Source of the DNA: Balanoglossus misakiensis
Lineage: Eukaryota; Animalia; Hemichordata
Length of the DNA: 64,000 bases
NCBI GenBank assembly: GCA_040954595.2
Contig: CM082596.2
Location: 11,400,454-11,464,453 of the forward strand
Direction: 5' to 3'
Both the position numbers and the translations under genes were made by a program. A model generated the notes under the pieces. That model did no database searches. It was not told where the DNA came from and saw only the letters and a program-made list of their open reading frames with translations. Shown here one piece after another: positions 12,707 through 26,651 of the stretch (the stretch's first letter is position 1; every line of letters begins with the position of its first letter).

Positions 12707-13876
12707 GAACGGGTGTGAAAAAGTCACTAAAACAGCATTGATACAGAGGTGTATAACACTGTCCATGATTTCAAGAGAAAAACATGAACGCAGCCCAGGC
12801 AGATCGGTCACTGTATGTGGCGATATCTTTCTAAGTATTTCACTCAACTTGTACAGACGATGCCATGCTGTCTTCTGGAATGTGCTGGTAACGTCACACA
12901 TCGAAACATATTGATGATGCCCTTCCCTGCGGCTCGGGCATCATGAATATTATTAAGGTCAAAGATCACCATCCCTTGTGCAGGCAAAAGATCATGATAT
13001 TGCCCTCGCTAACATGTGTTATTATTTAAATACGATGTTGTCATAGCTTTACTATGCAGGTATAGTAAAGCATATGCCTTGGTCCAGACCAAGGCATATG
13101 AACGGGTGTGAAAAAGTCACTAAAACAGCATTGATACAGAGGTGTATAACACTGTCCATGATTTCAAGAGAAAAACATGAACGCAGCCCAGGCAGATCGG
13201 TCACTGTATGTGGCGATATCTTTCTAAGTATTTCACTCAACTTGTACAGACGATGCCATGCTGTCTTCTGGAATGTGCTGGTAACGTCACACATCGAAAC
13301 ATATTGATGATGCCCTTCCCTGCGGCTCGGGCATCATGAATATTATTAAGGTCAAAGATCACCATCCCTTGTGCAGGCAAAAGATCATGATATTGCCCTC
13401 GCTAACATGTGTTATTATTTAAATACGATGTTGTCATAGCTTTACTATGCAGGTATAGTAAAGCATATGCCTTGGTCCAGACCAAGGCATATGAACGGGT
13501 GTGAAAAAGTCACTAAAACAGCATTGATACAGAGGTGTATAACACTGTCCATGATTTCAAGAGAAAAACATGAACGCAGCCCAGGCAGATCGGTCACTGT
13601 ATGTGGCGATATCTTTCTAAGTATTTCACTCAACTTGTACAGACGATGCCATGCTGTCTTCTGGAATGTGCTGGTAACGTCACACATCGAAACATATTGA
13701 TGATGCCCTTCCCTGCGGCTCGGGCATCATGAATATTATTAAGGTCAAAGATCACCATCCCTTGTGCAGGCAAAAGATCATGATATTGCCCTCGCTAACA
13801 TGTGTTATTATTTAAATACGATGTTGTCATAGCTTTACTATGCAGGTATAGTAAAGCATATGCCTTGGTCCAGACC
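12707..13876. repeat. 393-bp tandem repeat, 3 copies (1 copy in unit 2, at 42564)
   Basis: GAACGGGTGTGAAAAAG at 12707, 13100 and 13493; the copies appear identical. Confidence 0.96.
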
Positions 13877-14713
13877 CCCCCCCCCCCCCCATGGTCAATG
13901 AAAAAATATGAAATATAATGATCAAAAATCTTCTTCTCAAAATCGGCATACCCTAATTTGAAAATTTCGCCCTTATATGGTCATCAGGTCACTTGACTAA
14001 TTTAACATTCACGGACGTACTGCACCAGATCTCATTGGCCTGCATCATTGTGCCAAATTTGAGAATTGTAGGTTTAGCCGTTTTCAAGATCATAGTGGCC
14101 GATGAAAGTGCCCAAGAAGAAGAAAAATGCCAGCAATACCAAAAGGGGCCCCGCTCATAGGGGCTTGGGCCCCCAAAAACGCCAGTAATACCAATAGGGG
14201 CCCCGCCCATAGGGGCTTGGGCCCCTAATAAGTCAGTTGTAAAGTTATTACTGAGCTTGAATTTCACTAGCGCCTAAAAGTAAACAAAAACTGATGGTCA
14301 AAGTATCACAAGCTTTATTTTGGTTTGATGTAGGATGTAATATGCTTATAGCACACTGCCAAATTAATGTCAACCAATAAGACCGGTAGGATATGATCGA
14401 AAACCACACGTATTAATGTGTAAAAGGCCGAACTTCCCAATAAATTTGGGTAGCCGACTACAGAAAGAGTCGAACCGATGCATGAACTGAAGTATCAAGA
14501 CACATGGACTATTATTTATTGTTTCAGCAATTTGACTTAAATTTATAATTTCCTATGGCAGTTTTTGCCGACAAGAATCAATGCCCGACCAAACAAAATG
14601 GACATTTTCACGTGATCGTTACTGAGGTCACAAGTTAGCCAAGCCCTCATACACGCGCTATTCGGAAGTATCGGTGATCTGTTTATGTGTTTAGCTAAGG
14701 TGGTAAACTGTTC

Positions 14714-17345
14714 ATCAATCAATCAATCAGTCAATCAAAAGGACTTATAGAGCACCAAACTCCACTGCAATAGTGTTCAATAGCGCTTTACAATGTAAAG
14801 TTACTGTTAATAGGCTCTGTTAAACAGATAAGTCTTGATGTGTTTCTTGAAACTGTCAAGGCTAGGTGACTGGTATACTTCTATTGGGACATTGTTCCAA
14901 ATGAGTGGGGCGATATACGAAAAAGCATGATCGCCGTACGTTTTCTTCTTACTCCATGGTACATGAAGTAGAAATTTGTCATTTGATCGAAGAAGTCTTG
15001 TTGAAGTTTTCAGATGGATTAAGTCAGTGATGTAAGCTGGTGCTGTGTTGTTTAATGCCTTATATGTCATAAGCAAGATCTTGTATTGGATTCTATAGTG
15101 TACAGGCAGCCAATGTAAATCCATGAGAACAAGAGTAATATGATCCGTTTTACGGGTACGAGAAACGATCCTGGCTGCAGAATTCAGGGCATGCTGTAGC
15201 GGTTGAATGCATGATGATGGTAAACCACAGAGTAGTGCATTACAGTAGTCCAGTTTTGATGTGATTAGAGCATGAACCAGCATCTGGCAAACTTCCTTAG
15301 TGAGGTAATGGCGAATGTGGCTGATTTGACGCAGATGGAAGAAAATTGACTTGCAAATTGCATTAATGTGCTTATTGAAAGTGTAATTGTCGTCGAATGT
15401 CACACCTATATTCCGTGCAGAATTCACAATTTGAACACAACATGATCCAATGCTAATGTGGTTTATGGGACGAGGCGAGCGGTTGAACTGAGACCTTATC
15501 AGGAGTACCTCGGGTTTGCCACCATTGAGTTGAAGTTTATTATGTGTCATCCAGGTTTTTATTTCGTGAACTGCCCTTTCCATCTTGTCTAATGTACTAT
15601 CCAGTGCCATACAAATATCGTTGTTGACTTTAGTAAGTGCTGTTTCGGTACTGTGATCCTTTCGGTACGCTGACTGCAGTGGTTCTTGTAGTGAGTTGGT
15701 AGTCAAATATGATGTCAGTTGTTGTGCTACAATCTTCCCGATTACTTTTGACAGGAAGGTTAGGTTTGAAACAGGTCTATAGTTCTTGAAAATGTTTTTG
15801 TCGAGCGAAGGTTTCTTGAGTACATTGGTGTGATGACTGCTATTTTAAGTTATTCAGGAACAGTTCCAGTTTTGAGTGACAAATTGATAATTGTGGCTAT
15901 GATAGTGAGCAGATTACCAAGACATTGCTTAACAAGTGCTGTAGGGATGAGATCAAGTACACGTGTTTTAGATGGAGAGCCAGAGATAACTTTGCTGATT
16001 TCTTCGTCTTTAGCTGTGTGGAATTCAGGAAGTGTTGATGAGACTGCTGGGTGCAGAAATTGGTAATCTTTTGAAGTAGGGTTTACCATGTCAAGGCTGG
16101 AACGGATAGACGTGATTTTAGTGATGAAATATTTACTGAATGAATCTGCTAAGTCTATTTTCGCAGTATGGTCAGGTAGAGTCTTTTCTTGTTGCTTGCC
16201 AGCCATGGTTGATATGATTTGAAATAGTGACTTCTGGTTACCATACTTTTCCTCAATTAGATGTGAGAAGTATGACTTTTTGGCAGCTCTGATTAAGTGA
16301 TTGACATTTCTGCACTCATGTTGATATATCTCACGATGAATCTCCAGCTTAGTTTTTCGCCACAGATGTTCAGCCTTCCGTCTATTCTTTTTTGCAATGT
16401 CGATTTCATGAGTATACCATTTGGTACCTGGACGTATGATCACTGTACGCTTTTGAAGTGGTGCGTGGGCTTGAAGAACTTCACTGACGTGTTGGTTATA
16501 AGCTGATATGGCTGAGGAGAGGTCATTTGGAGGCTAGGACATTTGATGTATTTTGTCGAGATCATGGCTGAAACTATCAATTGAAATGGCAGATACGACG
16601 ATAAGATATTTGACGTCTACTGTGTGTTGGTTTCGGAAGAGCAAGTTTTGCATTGACAGGATTGTGATCAGAGAGTTCCAAGCAGTCTACAGAGACACTC
16701 TTGATGTTAGACGCAGAGTTAGATAAGATGAGATCAAGAGTATGACCCTTTCTGTGTGTTGGTTGTTGGACCCATTGTTTCAGATTACAGGCGCTGATGA
16801 TTCCATTGAATTTCTGTGTTACTGGATTCTTATCATCTTCTAGGTGAATATTGAAATCTCCTACGATGAAGAGATTACTTGAGCAGGTGACATACTTCTC
16901 AAGTGTTGTACTGAACTCTTCCATGAACTGTGGTGCGGTGAATTTATTCTTAACTGATGGTGGTGGACGGTAGACAAGAATTATTTTCATGGAAAGTTTC
17001 TGGTGAAGAATAGTTGCTTCCGCTGTCTCAAAAGATTTAACAGAGAGAATAGGCTTCCAAGCTGTTAATTTTAGTGCTAGCTTATGAATTTAAGCTAAGT
17101 CTTCACCGATCTTGCCAACCTCAGGTAGATGTTTGACAGCATAGCCTGGTGGTGTACATTCAGCCATTACGTGTTCGTCACCAGATTCCTTCAACCATGT
17201 TTCAGTGAGTACAAGAATATCAATGTCTTTATCTGTGATGTAGTCTGCAATGTCTAATGATTTGCATCTAGCTGAGCGGACATTCCATGTAGAGAGTAGA
17301 AGTTCACACGTATTGTGGATAGGGTGGATCTTGAATACTGCATAG
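14714..17345 (-). mobile_element. L2-clade LINE, 5'-truncated, ORF2 broken, RT core deleted
   Basis: APE endonuclease motifs WNVRS, LTETWL, VYRPP, GDFNIH, GHTLDL, SDH. QSAYRKDHSTETAL is joined directly to post-YADD sequence. C-terminal LHWLPV. (ATTG)n tail at 14714-14737. Confidence 0.92.
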
Positions 17346-17813
17346 TTACTCTTCAATAGATATTTAGTGACTCGCTAACTGTTGCGATTCGTGTGTGTGT
17401 AATTTACGTACTTCAAGTTAAATATCGCAACTAGCCGTAATGTTTGACTAGGGGGAGCACCTATACTAATGCGAGAACCAGGGATTGAAAGTTGCACCTG
17501 TATTTTGATCCCTTAGTTACCCTTATAAGTACATTTGTAGTCTAATAACCATAGCTCTATTGCAAACCATTCTTTCCGTAGTTTCTTGTTTCAAATATTG
17601 TAATCTGAATTTATTTTGATGTTTAACAGGTGTGATTATCTGTATTTGCGACCATTTTGAAAAAAATTGGTTGCCATGGAAACTCTTCAACAGATATTTA
17701 GTGACCGGACGCGCAGTGTTTCCGGTTTATGTTCTGCACGTATATCCTTGATGAAGTTTGCTGGCTAGAGGGCTCCTAAACCTCCCTAATATTTGACGTC
17801 TTCACTCCTACAG

Positions 17814-20800
17814 GACTGCGCAGCTGGAAGTTAAAGTTCAGCATGTTCTGAAGCATGCACGCTGTGTCCAGGGGTTTCATGTGTGGAACAGCCAGCCTCT
17901 CATCACCAACATAATGCGGACTGGGATATTTTGCCAACAATGGAAGTATAGACTGTACGCCTTGTCCTGCCCCGGGTATAAGTGCCAATATGATGGTATG
18001 TCGGAGCCAGAGGTGTGTGAAGATGGATACTACACTAATATAGATGATGAGTCAGCACTTAAAGTTTGGGCATTACTGAGTAATCTTTCACTTAAGGCGG
18101 ACGATCATCTTATGTGCATGTACGTAATTCTGTGCGTACAAACATTACGTCCAGTCCAAATATTCTGCCAATTTTACATCCAATGCATTCAAATAGTGGA
18201 CTGCTTCGCTTTCATCCAGTTTTCATGTGCATCGTATAAGTAGACTATTGTTTTGTCCCGTCTTTTCACCAAATTTGCTCTTTTCCAAATCTCCGACACA
18301 GACTATGATCGTCAAGATCTTGTCTGTTGTTAGAACAGCACACTGCCGTATGGCATTGACTGTATACAGTTTCTGTTACCAATATCTCTGGTTTGGCATT
18401 TTCCTGTCCTCGAAATCAATCCAGAGATTTTTGTCTCCCCAACCCGCGTGAGAATCCCACGTCTTTGAAGGTATGACTGTGACTATAAGATTCTATAAAT
18501 CTCTGTTTATTTTCAGCACAAATATCATGTGCTGATTGCCCAGCTGGTAACCAATGTCCAAATGGTAACACTGTGATTTTATGCTCGGCTGGTTATTACA
18601 GTTCGGCTTTGGACAAAGGATGTCTCGCTGTACCTCTTGCATAACAGGTAAACTTCTACCCACCCACCTTTATTTCCAACATCAAACATTAGGTCAGGTA
18701 ATTTACTAACTGAAAAATAGGATGGGAACATTTTCTATTTCTGTATTTAAAATTTACTGATATAATATATGAATAAAAAAATGACAATTTTTCCAAATTT
18801 GAATAGACCTCTATTTATGAAAATAATTAAAATTTGCACCAAATTTTTACAGTGGTATTCAAAGGTTAACTTGGTGTGTAAATTCTCTGTTTGATTTACA
18901 GATCAAATGGTGCTGAACATTGTACTATTTGTGAGCAAGGGTACGCCTGCACAGATCAGTGTACATCGCAATTCAAGTGTACCAAGGGTTACGTGTCATT
19001 GGCTGGTGCAACAAACTGTACCATATGTACAAATGGTAAGATTGTGGTACTTGTTCAGTTTGCTGTGTGATGAAACTGAGGGGTATGTGTGTATGCATGT
19101 ATGTGTTTACAACAGATTTTTAAGTCAGTGCGACTGGGGGTATGTGTGTGTGTGTGTATGTATGTATGTGTTTACAACAGATTATCAACTCAGTGCGAGA
19201 TCTTGCGAGACCCGGTTAGCCATGTGAGATCTCGCAGAGTCTTATGATATTCAGAAAATGGTTGATTAGAAATGACGTTTAATGTCCTCCAAAGAATTTT
19301 CTACATGCCTGTATACTTGTCTCAGAATTATGAAGTGAATCATCTCAAGTAATTTGTTATTTTAAATGACACTGTATCACAAATACTTCACTAAAAACCT
19401 CATTTTCTTTGATCAGATGAAATAAGTGAGGAGCCTGCACGCACATCCCATCTTCAGTGCCCTGCTGGACAATCGTGTTCAGATCCAATGTAAGATCCGC
19501 TTGACTGTGGCAATGGTGAATATGCTATGGAAGGTGACGGCACATGCACGCCTTGTCCAGCAGGATCCAAGTGTCCAACCATGTCACCCGTAGTGGATTG
19601 TTCAACAGTTACTGGTAAGTTGGGCTGCAAATCACTCTTGTGACTTCCCTGTGTTATAGCATGACATACACAGAAAATTAAACTGTTATGCTCATTGGAG
19701 TTGATATTGTGATGCACTTTGAAAAACACAATGATTCCACTGAAGAGGTATTGTACAGTAACACCTGTGATTACGGACATCTCTCTAATAAGGGATCGTT
19801 GGACCAAACCAATCGTTCTTTGAATTTTTTCTGTGATAGGTTCATACTCGCTAGGTTCGGCCACGTCCTTCTGGTTATGAATGCACAACTACAAGTGTCA
19901 CACAGTGCGCTACAGGGCAGTAAAGTGTTGAAGGAGGTAAGTCTTGAAATCTCTTTTCTTCTGGTCTCGATTTGAACATGGTTCCACAAGTTGTTTACAT
20001 CACTTGTAGTTTTACATATTTTTTGAGTTCAACAGCTATGCTATACATGGTGTCCTGAGAAGTCGACCAGTATGAGAAGTCGGTATCGGCCAGTACGAGA
20101 AGTCGGCCTGTGGGAGAGAACCCTGGTACTTTGTGTTATATATAACTGTTTCACTACGAAATGTTTCCTTGATGTACAGGAGCTGAGATATTTGTACAAA
20201 TAGCCGATGAATTTTAAAACTGTCTGTTCACTTTGCATGTACGTCACCGGGGTACGTCAACATCAGTCACCTGCACTTCTTGCGCTGCGCCAGTAGTCAG
20301 TTCCTCGTCACGTTTGTTTGTTTGGTGTTGTCTCAAAGTATGCATATACACATACATCTTCTATGTATTTTAGTAGGCTTTGAAACAACTCCCTGTAAAG
20401 GGACAAAGTCTCTCTCTCGCTGCCCTTTTTCCATTAATAATATTTGATACAAGACACCATTTATTTATTCTAAATGTGGATATATAGTGAATCAACGTTC
20501 AACCACACACAACTTCAATCCAACTTGTAGACACGAGAGTGAAAAACTTGCCAAAATGAATAATCGTTGTTTACCATTTATTCATTTTGGCGGGATTTTT
20601 ACACTCATATCCTACAAACGGGATGGAATTTGTCTGTAGTTGAATGTGGATTCTCAATATATCCACATGTAGAATAATGTGAACGGTGTCTTGTATCAAA
20701 CATAATTAATGGAAAAAGGTTCGCGCGAGAGAGACTTTGTCCCTTTAATCAGAAATGTCACAGGAATTTGGCGAACAACCTAAGCTCCTTACGCGGATAC

Positions 20801-21449
20801 GGGGCTGGGGAACCGGTACGGATGCCAGACGCCATTATTTGAAATGACGCCATTGTGTTGTCAAGAATTTGGGAAATCCGTCCAAATGAAAATATTTAGT
20901 GCAATTATATTTTATTAAGTGTTGTTATAAGTAATCTGGGTCATCACTGCACTATTCGGGTACAAGTTCAACAACTGGCCGACTTCTCGTACTGGCCGAC
21001 TTCTCATACGCGCGTACTGGCCGACTTCTAATCTGGCCGACTTCTCATGTATTCCTATACATTAGTGAAAATTGGGGAAACTGGTGTTTTTCAGACAACT
21101 TATGAAGTCCCTTTCGCAGTATTAACTCTAAAACAGCGGGTGATATTCCTTTTAAAATTTAACCAAATAAGCATACTTGAACTCTGTCATATCGGCAAAA
21201 CACTCACTACACAAGCTGCTGTTATTCTACAGACATGACATGTGCTGATTGCGGCGTAGGTAACTACTGTCCAGATGGGTCAGACAGCCCCATTCCTTGT
21301 CCATCAAGTTATTATGCTGACACAGCCACAGATGTATCCTGTACCCCTTGCGATCCAGGCTGTCAGTGTGCAGCAACATCACCCACTTGCCTGCACATCA
21401 AGAACCTACTCTCTGGGACCATCAACAACATGTACTCCCCTTCTACCAG
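17814..21449 (+). pseudogene. Decayed Cys-rich CPAG/GxY repeat exons (six exons, spanning the copy 1/2 phase point)
   Basis: Exons 17814-18046 (TAA, frameshifts, donor reads AT), 18517-18647 (SCADCPAGNQCPNG), 18902-19035 (open: CTICEQGYACTDQC), 19417-19614 (TAA at 19491), 19840-19936 and 21233-21449. Confidence 0.82.
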
Positions 21450-24400
21450 GTTTGTAGTCGTCTTAGTCGTAAAAACATATTTAAGGTGTTGCGCACCTCG
21501 AAATAAAGGGTCGTCTGATCATGTTTAAATTAATACTGATGATACTATGACTTCTAAACATTTAATCTATGGAATAAAAATTGGGGGTCAACCATCTAGA
21601 GTTTTGAAAAAGCGCCCTTTATCTAGCACCTCTTTCAGATTTTGCCAGGCTCGTAGATTTTTGTAAAATGGCCTCAAAAATAAGAATTTTGGGAGGTTTG
21701 TCATATTTTTTCACCATTGTAGAATCTAAATGTTCTGAATTATTTTATTTTTAGCAATTTTGAGATTGATTCATATTCAGTATGATAATCGCATGTCAAT
21801 ACAACTGTTACATTAAAGGAAAAGTTCAAATCCGCCTAAAACCACATTGCATTGGTACCTAGTTAAGTTGTCCTCACTTCTGACGCAAAATTTTGATGTG
21901 CAATGCACGTGTCTGTGAAATTGACGAATAAAAAAATTGTATACCAGTGCAAAATTAAAAACTCCCTGTGCAGCCATCTTGGCAACTGCATGCTGGGAAA
22001 AGTACTCGGATGATGACGAAAAAGTTTCGGGGTTCCGTGTAGTGCTACCCCGGAATACACTGTTGGGTGCAGACTACAACTATGGAAAAGAGATGCAGAA
22101 TGTCATGTGATATAGTAGTGAAAACAAATACACGTTGGTTCACGTATTTCAGCTCTCAGCAATCAGGGTGCATTGAAAGGCCTTGATTGGTGTGATATTC
22201 ACAATTGATTATTATAAATACTTACAGTTGTATACTGTTTTATTTTGTAAATATTGTGTACATTTGCAGCAATGAATCCGTGCGAACACAAACCTTAACC
22301 CATGCCGGAATGCTGGTACTTGCCAAGCAATCCAGGGATCTTGTACAGGCGTCACATGTCAATGTGCTGGCTGCTACCTGGGCTTCACATGTGAAACACG
22401 TGAGTACAGTACTTTGTCATTTATTAAAAAATCTAAGTGCTGAGGTACATTGTAGTAATAATAGCAGGTGTAGTCATTATCATCATCATCATCATCATCA
22501 TCTTAAAGTCAGTCATATGATCGGTAATAAAAACAGTAAAATCACCAGTATAAAAACATAACAGAGAAATAATGAACGTGTACTGGTGTTACCATAGGTA
22601 AGTGTTGTATAAAATTTTGAATTCCTGTCTTCCAGTTCCTAATCCATGCTTCACTAGTCCTTGTCTCAATGGAGGTACCTGCCAACAACAGGCAAATTCT
22701 TGTACTGCCACCATTGGCATGTGCACAGAGTGTTACTAGGGAACCAGGTGTGAGACAAGTAAGTTTGAATCTATAGCAGTTAATAATGATAATTATCATT
22801 TTTTTTATTATGATTTAAACTTCACTGATGTTGTACAAACACAAAAATAGAAATAATAATAATAATAATAATAATAATTTATTTGTATAGCGTCAGTATC
22901 CACAAAAAATGTGATCAATGATGCTTAAAGCAAAAGTACAATACAACAAATGGCTAAAAAACAGATTTAAAAAGTAAAGTTTTAACATTTGATTTAAAAA
23001 CAGATAAGTCTGGTGCCTGGCGAATGGTGAGTGGAAGATTATTCCAAAGAATTGGAGCAGCAACAGTAAAAGCACGATCACCATAACTCTTGGTGCGTGA
23101 TCGAACAGGGCAGAGTTTGAACTGATCATCTGACCTTAAATTGCGACACGGAACATATAGATTAGTCATGCTAGAAAGATAGATTGGACCAAGTTTATGA
23201 ATGGATTTAAAAATGAGAACTAACATCTTAAAAACAATACGCTCTGTAACAGGTAGCCAGTGCAACTGATACAAAATTGGAGTGATGTGACAGGTGATTT
23301 TTGAACGAGTAACAATTAGAAAGGGATAGCAGCTTAGCTCTATTCCGTTTCCAAAGTGTTTGTTCTTTTAAACTACCTGTGCATTTTTTTTATTTATTCT
23401 GATTATGCTAATATGCTAATTTGTTGGTTTGTCACATCACAATTTTTGTAGGAAACTCACCCCTGGGAATTTTTTTCAGTCACTTACATACATTCATAAT
23501 CACATGACATTGATGATCATGGAAAATTTGACCCTTTTCCTTGTAGGACTCAACCAGTGTCCACCAAATCCGTGCCATCTGTCAACCGGCTCGAAATTCC
23601 TGCTTTGATCTCACCTGCATATGTACTGGTTGCTACAAAGGTGATAGGTGTGAGATATGTAAGTATACAGCGCAGTCTCTTTTACCTTTTGTCTCTGATG
23701 CATTCAAATACTGCATGTTTCCTGAGCATAGGTGTAGCCATCACCACAGCAGAGCTTGGAGAGTTCTTGACATCGAATGCAAGATTACACTCTTCCCAAT
23801 CAAAATCACTTTCGTAGCGCATAATGTCTTGATTGTCTTAGTTCAAGAAACATTATGCGCGACTGGCCAATTTTACTGCCTTTTGTCAACGCACATCCAC
23901 TATGGAAATTCTCACTCCAGGCCAGATAGTGTAAATTTGCATATGAGTCTACAGGTATGCTTGAAGTCAAGTCAAGCATTTGCAAGGAACCCTCCTCCAG
24001 TACACAGGTCTTTGATTTCATGAAGGGAAGCCCTTGCCTCACAGTCACTGCCACATGATCTATGGAGGTGTGAACAACTTGATACCAGCCTAATATAAGT
24101 TGTAGGCACAATCACTCCACACACCCTTGCCATAATTCTGCACAGCCTTGTGAAATACCCGGACTGTTAGACAAAAGATGCTTGTTTTGGACGCTGTCAG
24201 ACTCAGAGGTGCCAAATTCCTGTTTAACTTGTCCAGATGTGTTCCATAAATGATCGCTGCGTTCAACCACGTTGCACTTTTCTCGTCTTCTGCGAGATGT
24301 TCTAAGGTGTTTGTGACAACTTCACGCAAAACGTGAGACTTTGCGTTAGTTTATACACAGTTTATTTGCAAATTGGATTATTGGGATTTACCTGGAAATA

Positions 24401-26651
24401 ATGTATGCAAAAGAACATCATTTCAAGAAAAAACTGGAGTTGCGCGTCCTTCTTTCTCTAGTGTCCATGGTCAAACAAGTGAGTATATACTTTCAAGACA
24501 CCCTGCAAACAAACAAGCAATCTTCATTCCGTAGATCTTTAAGCATATTTATGCATTGTAAATTTTGATGTGAAACTTCAAATTTTATTGGTCTTGTTGC
24601 CAAACTTCTGAAGAAATGAGGATATTGTTTTGAAGGGTATTTTATCAGTAGATAACAAATACCATGGCCCTCCATGCAAATACCCACATGGTAAATTAAA
24701 ACTGTTGCAGGTGTATTTGATTTCCACATATGGATTACATGTGGGATAATATTGGGTGCTGGCAGTTTCAGTAAATGAACTGCTCTATTGCTGAGATAAC
24801 AATAGGTTGCACTTTTTATTGCAGTCCAAGATCCATGCCAGCGAAACAGCTGTCTCAACGGGGCTGTATGTAATGCAGTGGCCAACTCCTGCACGGCATA
24901 TACCTGTGCCTGTACTGGTTGCTATGAGGGTAACCGTTGTGAAATATGTAAGTTTCTGACGTACCGTAAATGACAAACTTTTGGGCACTTTCTCTTCATA
25001 GCAATTGAATTGTGTGGTAACTTCTCATTTCTAAAATTTCCCCAAGAGAAAAGAAAGGAAAAGAAAACAGAAATTTCATTTGTATGTCTGTGCAATTTAG
25101 GATAGGCACGAACTTGTGAGGAAGTGTACGAAGCTGGATGTTTTCATCACTCAAATATACAAGAGTTGCCTCTTGAAGACTAGTGTCTGTAGAGATAATT
25201 GTGCATGTGAGGTAATCTCTCCTAAGGTGGTGCACACATCTGAGTATTAAGTAAAAGAGACGTCCTTAATTATCCTTACTATTTGGCTTGAAAAATCAAT
25301 CTTTAATACTAGGTGTTCTGATTAGAGAGGTGTCCATGAGGTGACTACACCTGTTACTGCCAGTAGTGTTGGACTGGGGCCATCTGTGCCGTAGGTGTGT
25401 CGAATTACTGTTTTATGACACAGCGTGGTATATAAACCCTCATTTTTGGTATTCTCAATGTGATAGATGGACCCATACACCAATAAATGGGGTGGAAGCA
25501 TTACAAAGTTTCATCCTTTCAAAATTTGCTGATGTAGGGTCAAAATTGAGTGTGAGGTGCACGTTAAAAAGGAAAGCCTTCTGTATCATGTTGATGGCAC
25601 ATTTTTTAATTTTTCAAGATTCTTACAGAAAAATCCTAGCAGCATTATGTTATTTTAAATGTACAGGTTTGAAACAAGGAATGAAGACATTGCTCACATA
25701 TATAATTTAAACAAAATGAACATCACAAGTACATGTACAAGTTTTTGACAAGCAGGTCATTGATACTTTCATTTTTGTTTTGGCAGCCATTGATCAGTTA
25801 TACTCTATGCCTTGTCAAAATGTGGTGGCACATGCGTTGCGTGAGACGGCTGTTTCCTGTTTGACTGTATGTGTACCGAATGCTTCACTGGTGCCACATG
25901 TACAATGCGTAAGTACAAACCAATATTATTTTATTCAATGCAAAACACTTGTTATGTATTATATAATATAAATACGGTACACGTATTAAAGCCCTGGTAA
26001 CTCAAACTTTGGGCTAGCTTAATGTTATCACTATTTTTGTTTTCGGTTGCAACTGTGGTTTCTTGTCACATTCTAAAGGATTTGACAGCATTTGGTTTTT
26101 CAAAACAGCCCTTTGGTTGTTGTCATGTATACATGTACATGACTGTGGAGTGTAGTTTGTAGATTCTGTAATTTTGACAATATCTTGACTGCACATCCCA
26201 CAGCTGTCAACCAGTGTCAACCCATCCAGTGTCGGAATGGTGGAAACTGTGTGCTGACGCCCAATTGGTGTACTGAATTCACATGCTCCTGTACAAGCTG
26301 TTACTCCGGCGATTTATGTCAGACATGTGAGTGATTTTAAATTTCAGATGAAGAGGAACATAATAACATAACACATAATCGGCTTGCAGTTGGTTTCTTC
26401 CAACCTGTATCAAACAGTGAATAACGACACAATTTTGGGGAAATTTATTAAGAATGTGTGTGCCATAAAAGGGGATTGTGTATTTGACCAAACAACAACC
26501 TGCACCGTATGGTACACTAAGACACTATTACACCTGTGTCAAAATTTCATTACTTTTCTTTTGTTGAACATGGAAGAAATGTGTCACAGTGATGTTCTGT
26601 TGACCAACTGAGATTTTTACCACTCAACCCTGACTGCACAAATCTGTTTAA

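Larger units (their letters stand above)
1..19555. repeat. Tandem segmental repeat unit, copy 1 (19,555-bp period; phase set by the window start)
   Basis: Sequence at 1 (tccagcaggatccaagtg) recurs at 19556 and 61211. The ORF track repeats with near-identical peptides, and only scattered SNPs and small indels differ. Confidence 0.97.

Noticed and set aside
12707-13876. CRISPR-like array, or real genes in the repeated 77-80 aa ORFs
   Set aside because: Identical 393-bp units with no unique spacers, no cas genes, and a eukaryotic context.
1-19555. A functional EGF/Cys-rich gene
   Set aside because: Most exons carry stops or frameshifts shared by all copies, and no start, signal-peptide or terminal exon was found.
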